Source: Amoeboradix gromovi X-113 (lineage: Eukaryota > Fungi > Sanchytriomycota). Taken from it: a stretch of DNA of 17,694 nt. Numbering within the stretch: position 1 is the first letter of the stretch; each line of letters opens with the position of its first letter. This document shows, one piece after another, positions 17,568 through 17,694 of this stretch. Position numbers and translations under genes: made by a program. The stretch spans positions 1-17,694 of the forward strand of contig JADGIF010000142.1 of assembly GCA_018985225.1 (NCBI GenBank), written 5' to 3'. The notes beneath the pieces are model-generated. The model did no database searches and was not told the origin of the DNA. It was given only the letters and a program-made list of their open reading frames with translations.

Positions 17568-17694
17568 GGGACATCAAATATAAAAACTGGAGTAACTTTC
17601 AGTAACAACTTGGAGCATTATTTCAGCTTTATTAATTTTATGGATTTAAGAGGCGAGTGGACATTCAGCTAGTTGCGGAGTTGACGAGTATAAA
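17568..17694 (+). mobile_element. Left end of a third MITE copy, running off the window
   Basis: 127 bp matching 8415-8540 except 2 substitutions and a 1-bp indel; starts GGGACATCAAATATAAAAACTGG. Confidence 0.95.

Noticed and set aside
17391-17672. 93-aa ORF as an intact gene
   Set aside because: The last ~35 codons are MITE sequence and the remainder is unrecognisable.
1-17694. Genome-wide TAA/TAG-to-Gln recoding, as in Amoeboaphelidium protococcarum
   Set aside because: Long Gln-rich genes use only CAA/CAG internally and terminate at TAA/TAG.

Overview
AT-rich, gene-dense, intron-poor eukaryotic nuclear DNA. It uses the standard genetic code (genes end TAA/TAG) and looks like an early-diverging fungus or related opisthokont; the taxon cannot be fixed from sequence alone. 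Host genes: an RA-PH (Grb7/MRL-like) adaptor, SEC24C/D-type COPII subunit, a Cys-rich single-pass membrane protein, a second Cys-rich/PH-like protein, a REX1/REXO5-type DEDDh exonuclease, GCN20/ABCF3 and a multi-pass membrane protein. Between REX1 and GCN20 lies a prokaryote-style IS607-family cassette. It has a serine-recombinase TnpA broken by a -1 frameshift at an in-frame A_AAA_AAG heptamer, overlapping a TnpB/Fanzor2-like ORF with a basic N-terminal NLS-like segment that stops just before RuvC-I. There are also three copies of one non-autonomous DNA-transposon (MITE) family with ~30-bp GGG...CCC TIRs and, in one copy, a 4-bp TSD (Sola2-like). One copy is intact, one old and inverted, and one runs off the window end. 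Weaker signals: candidate very short introns and coding-like intergenic stretches interrupted mostly by TAA/TAG.
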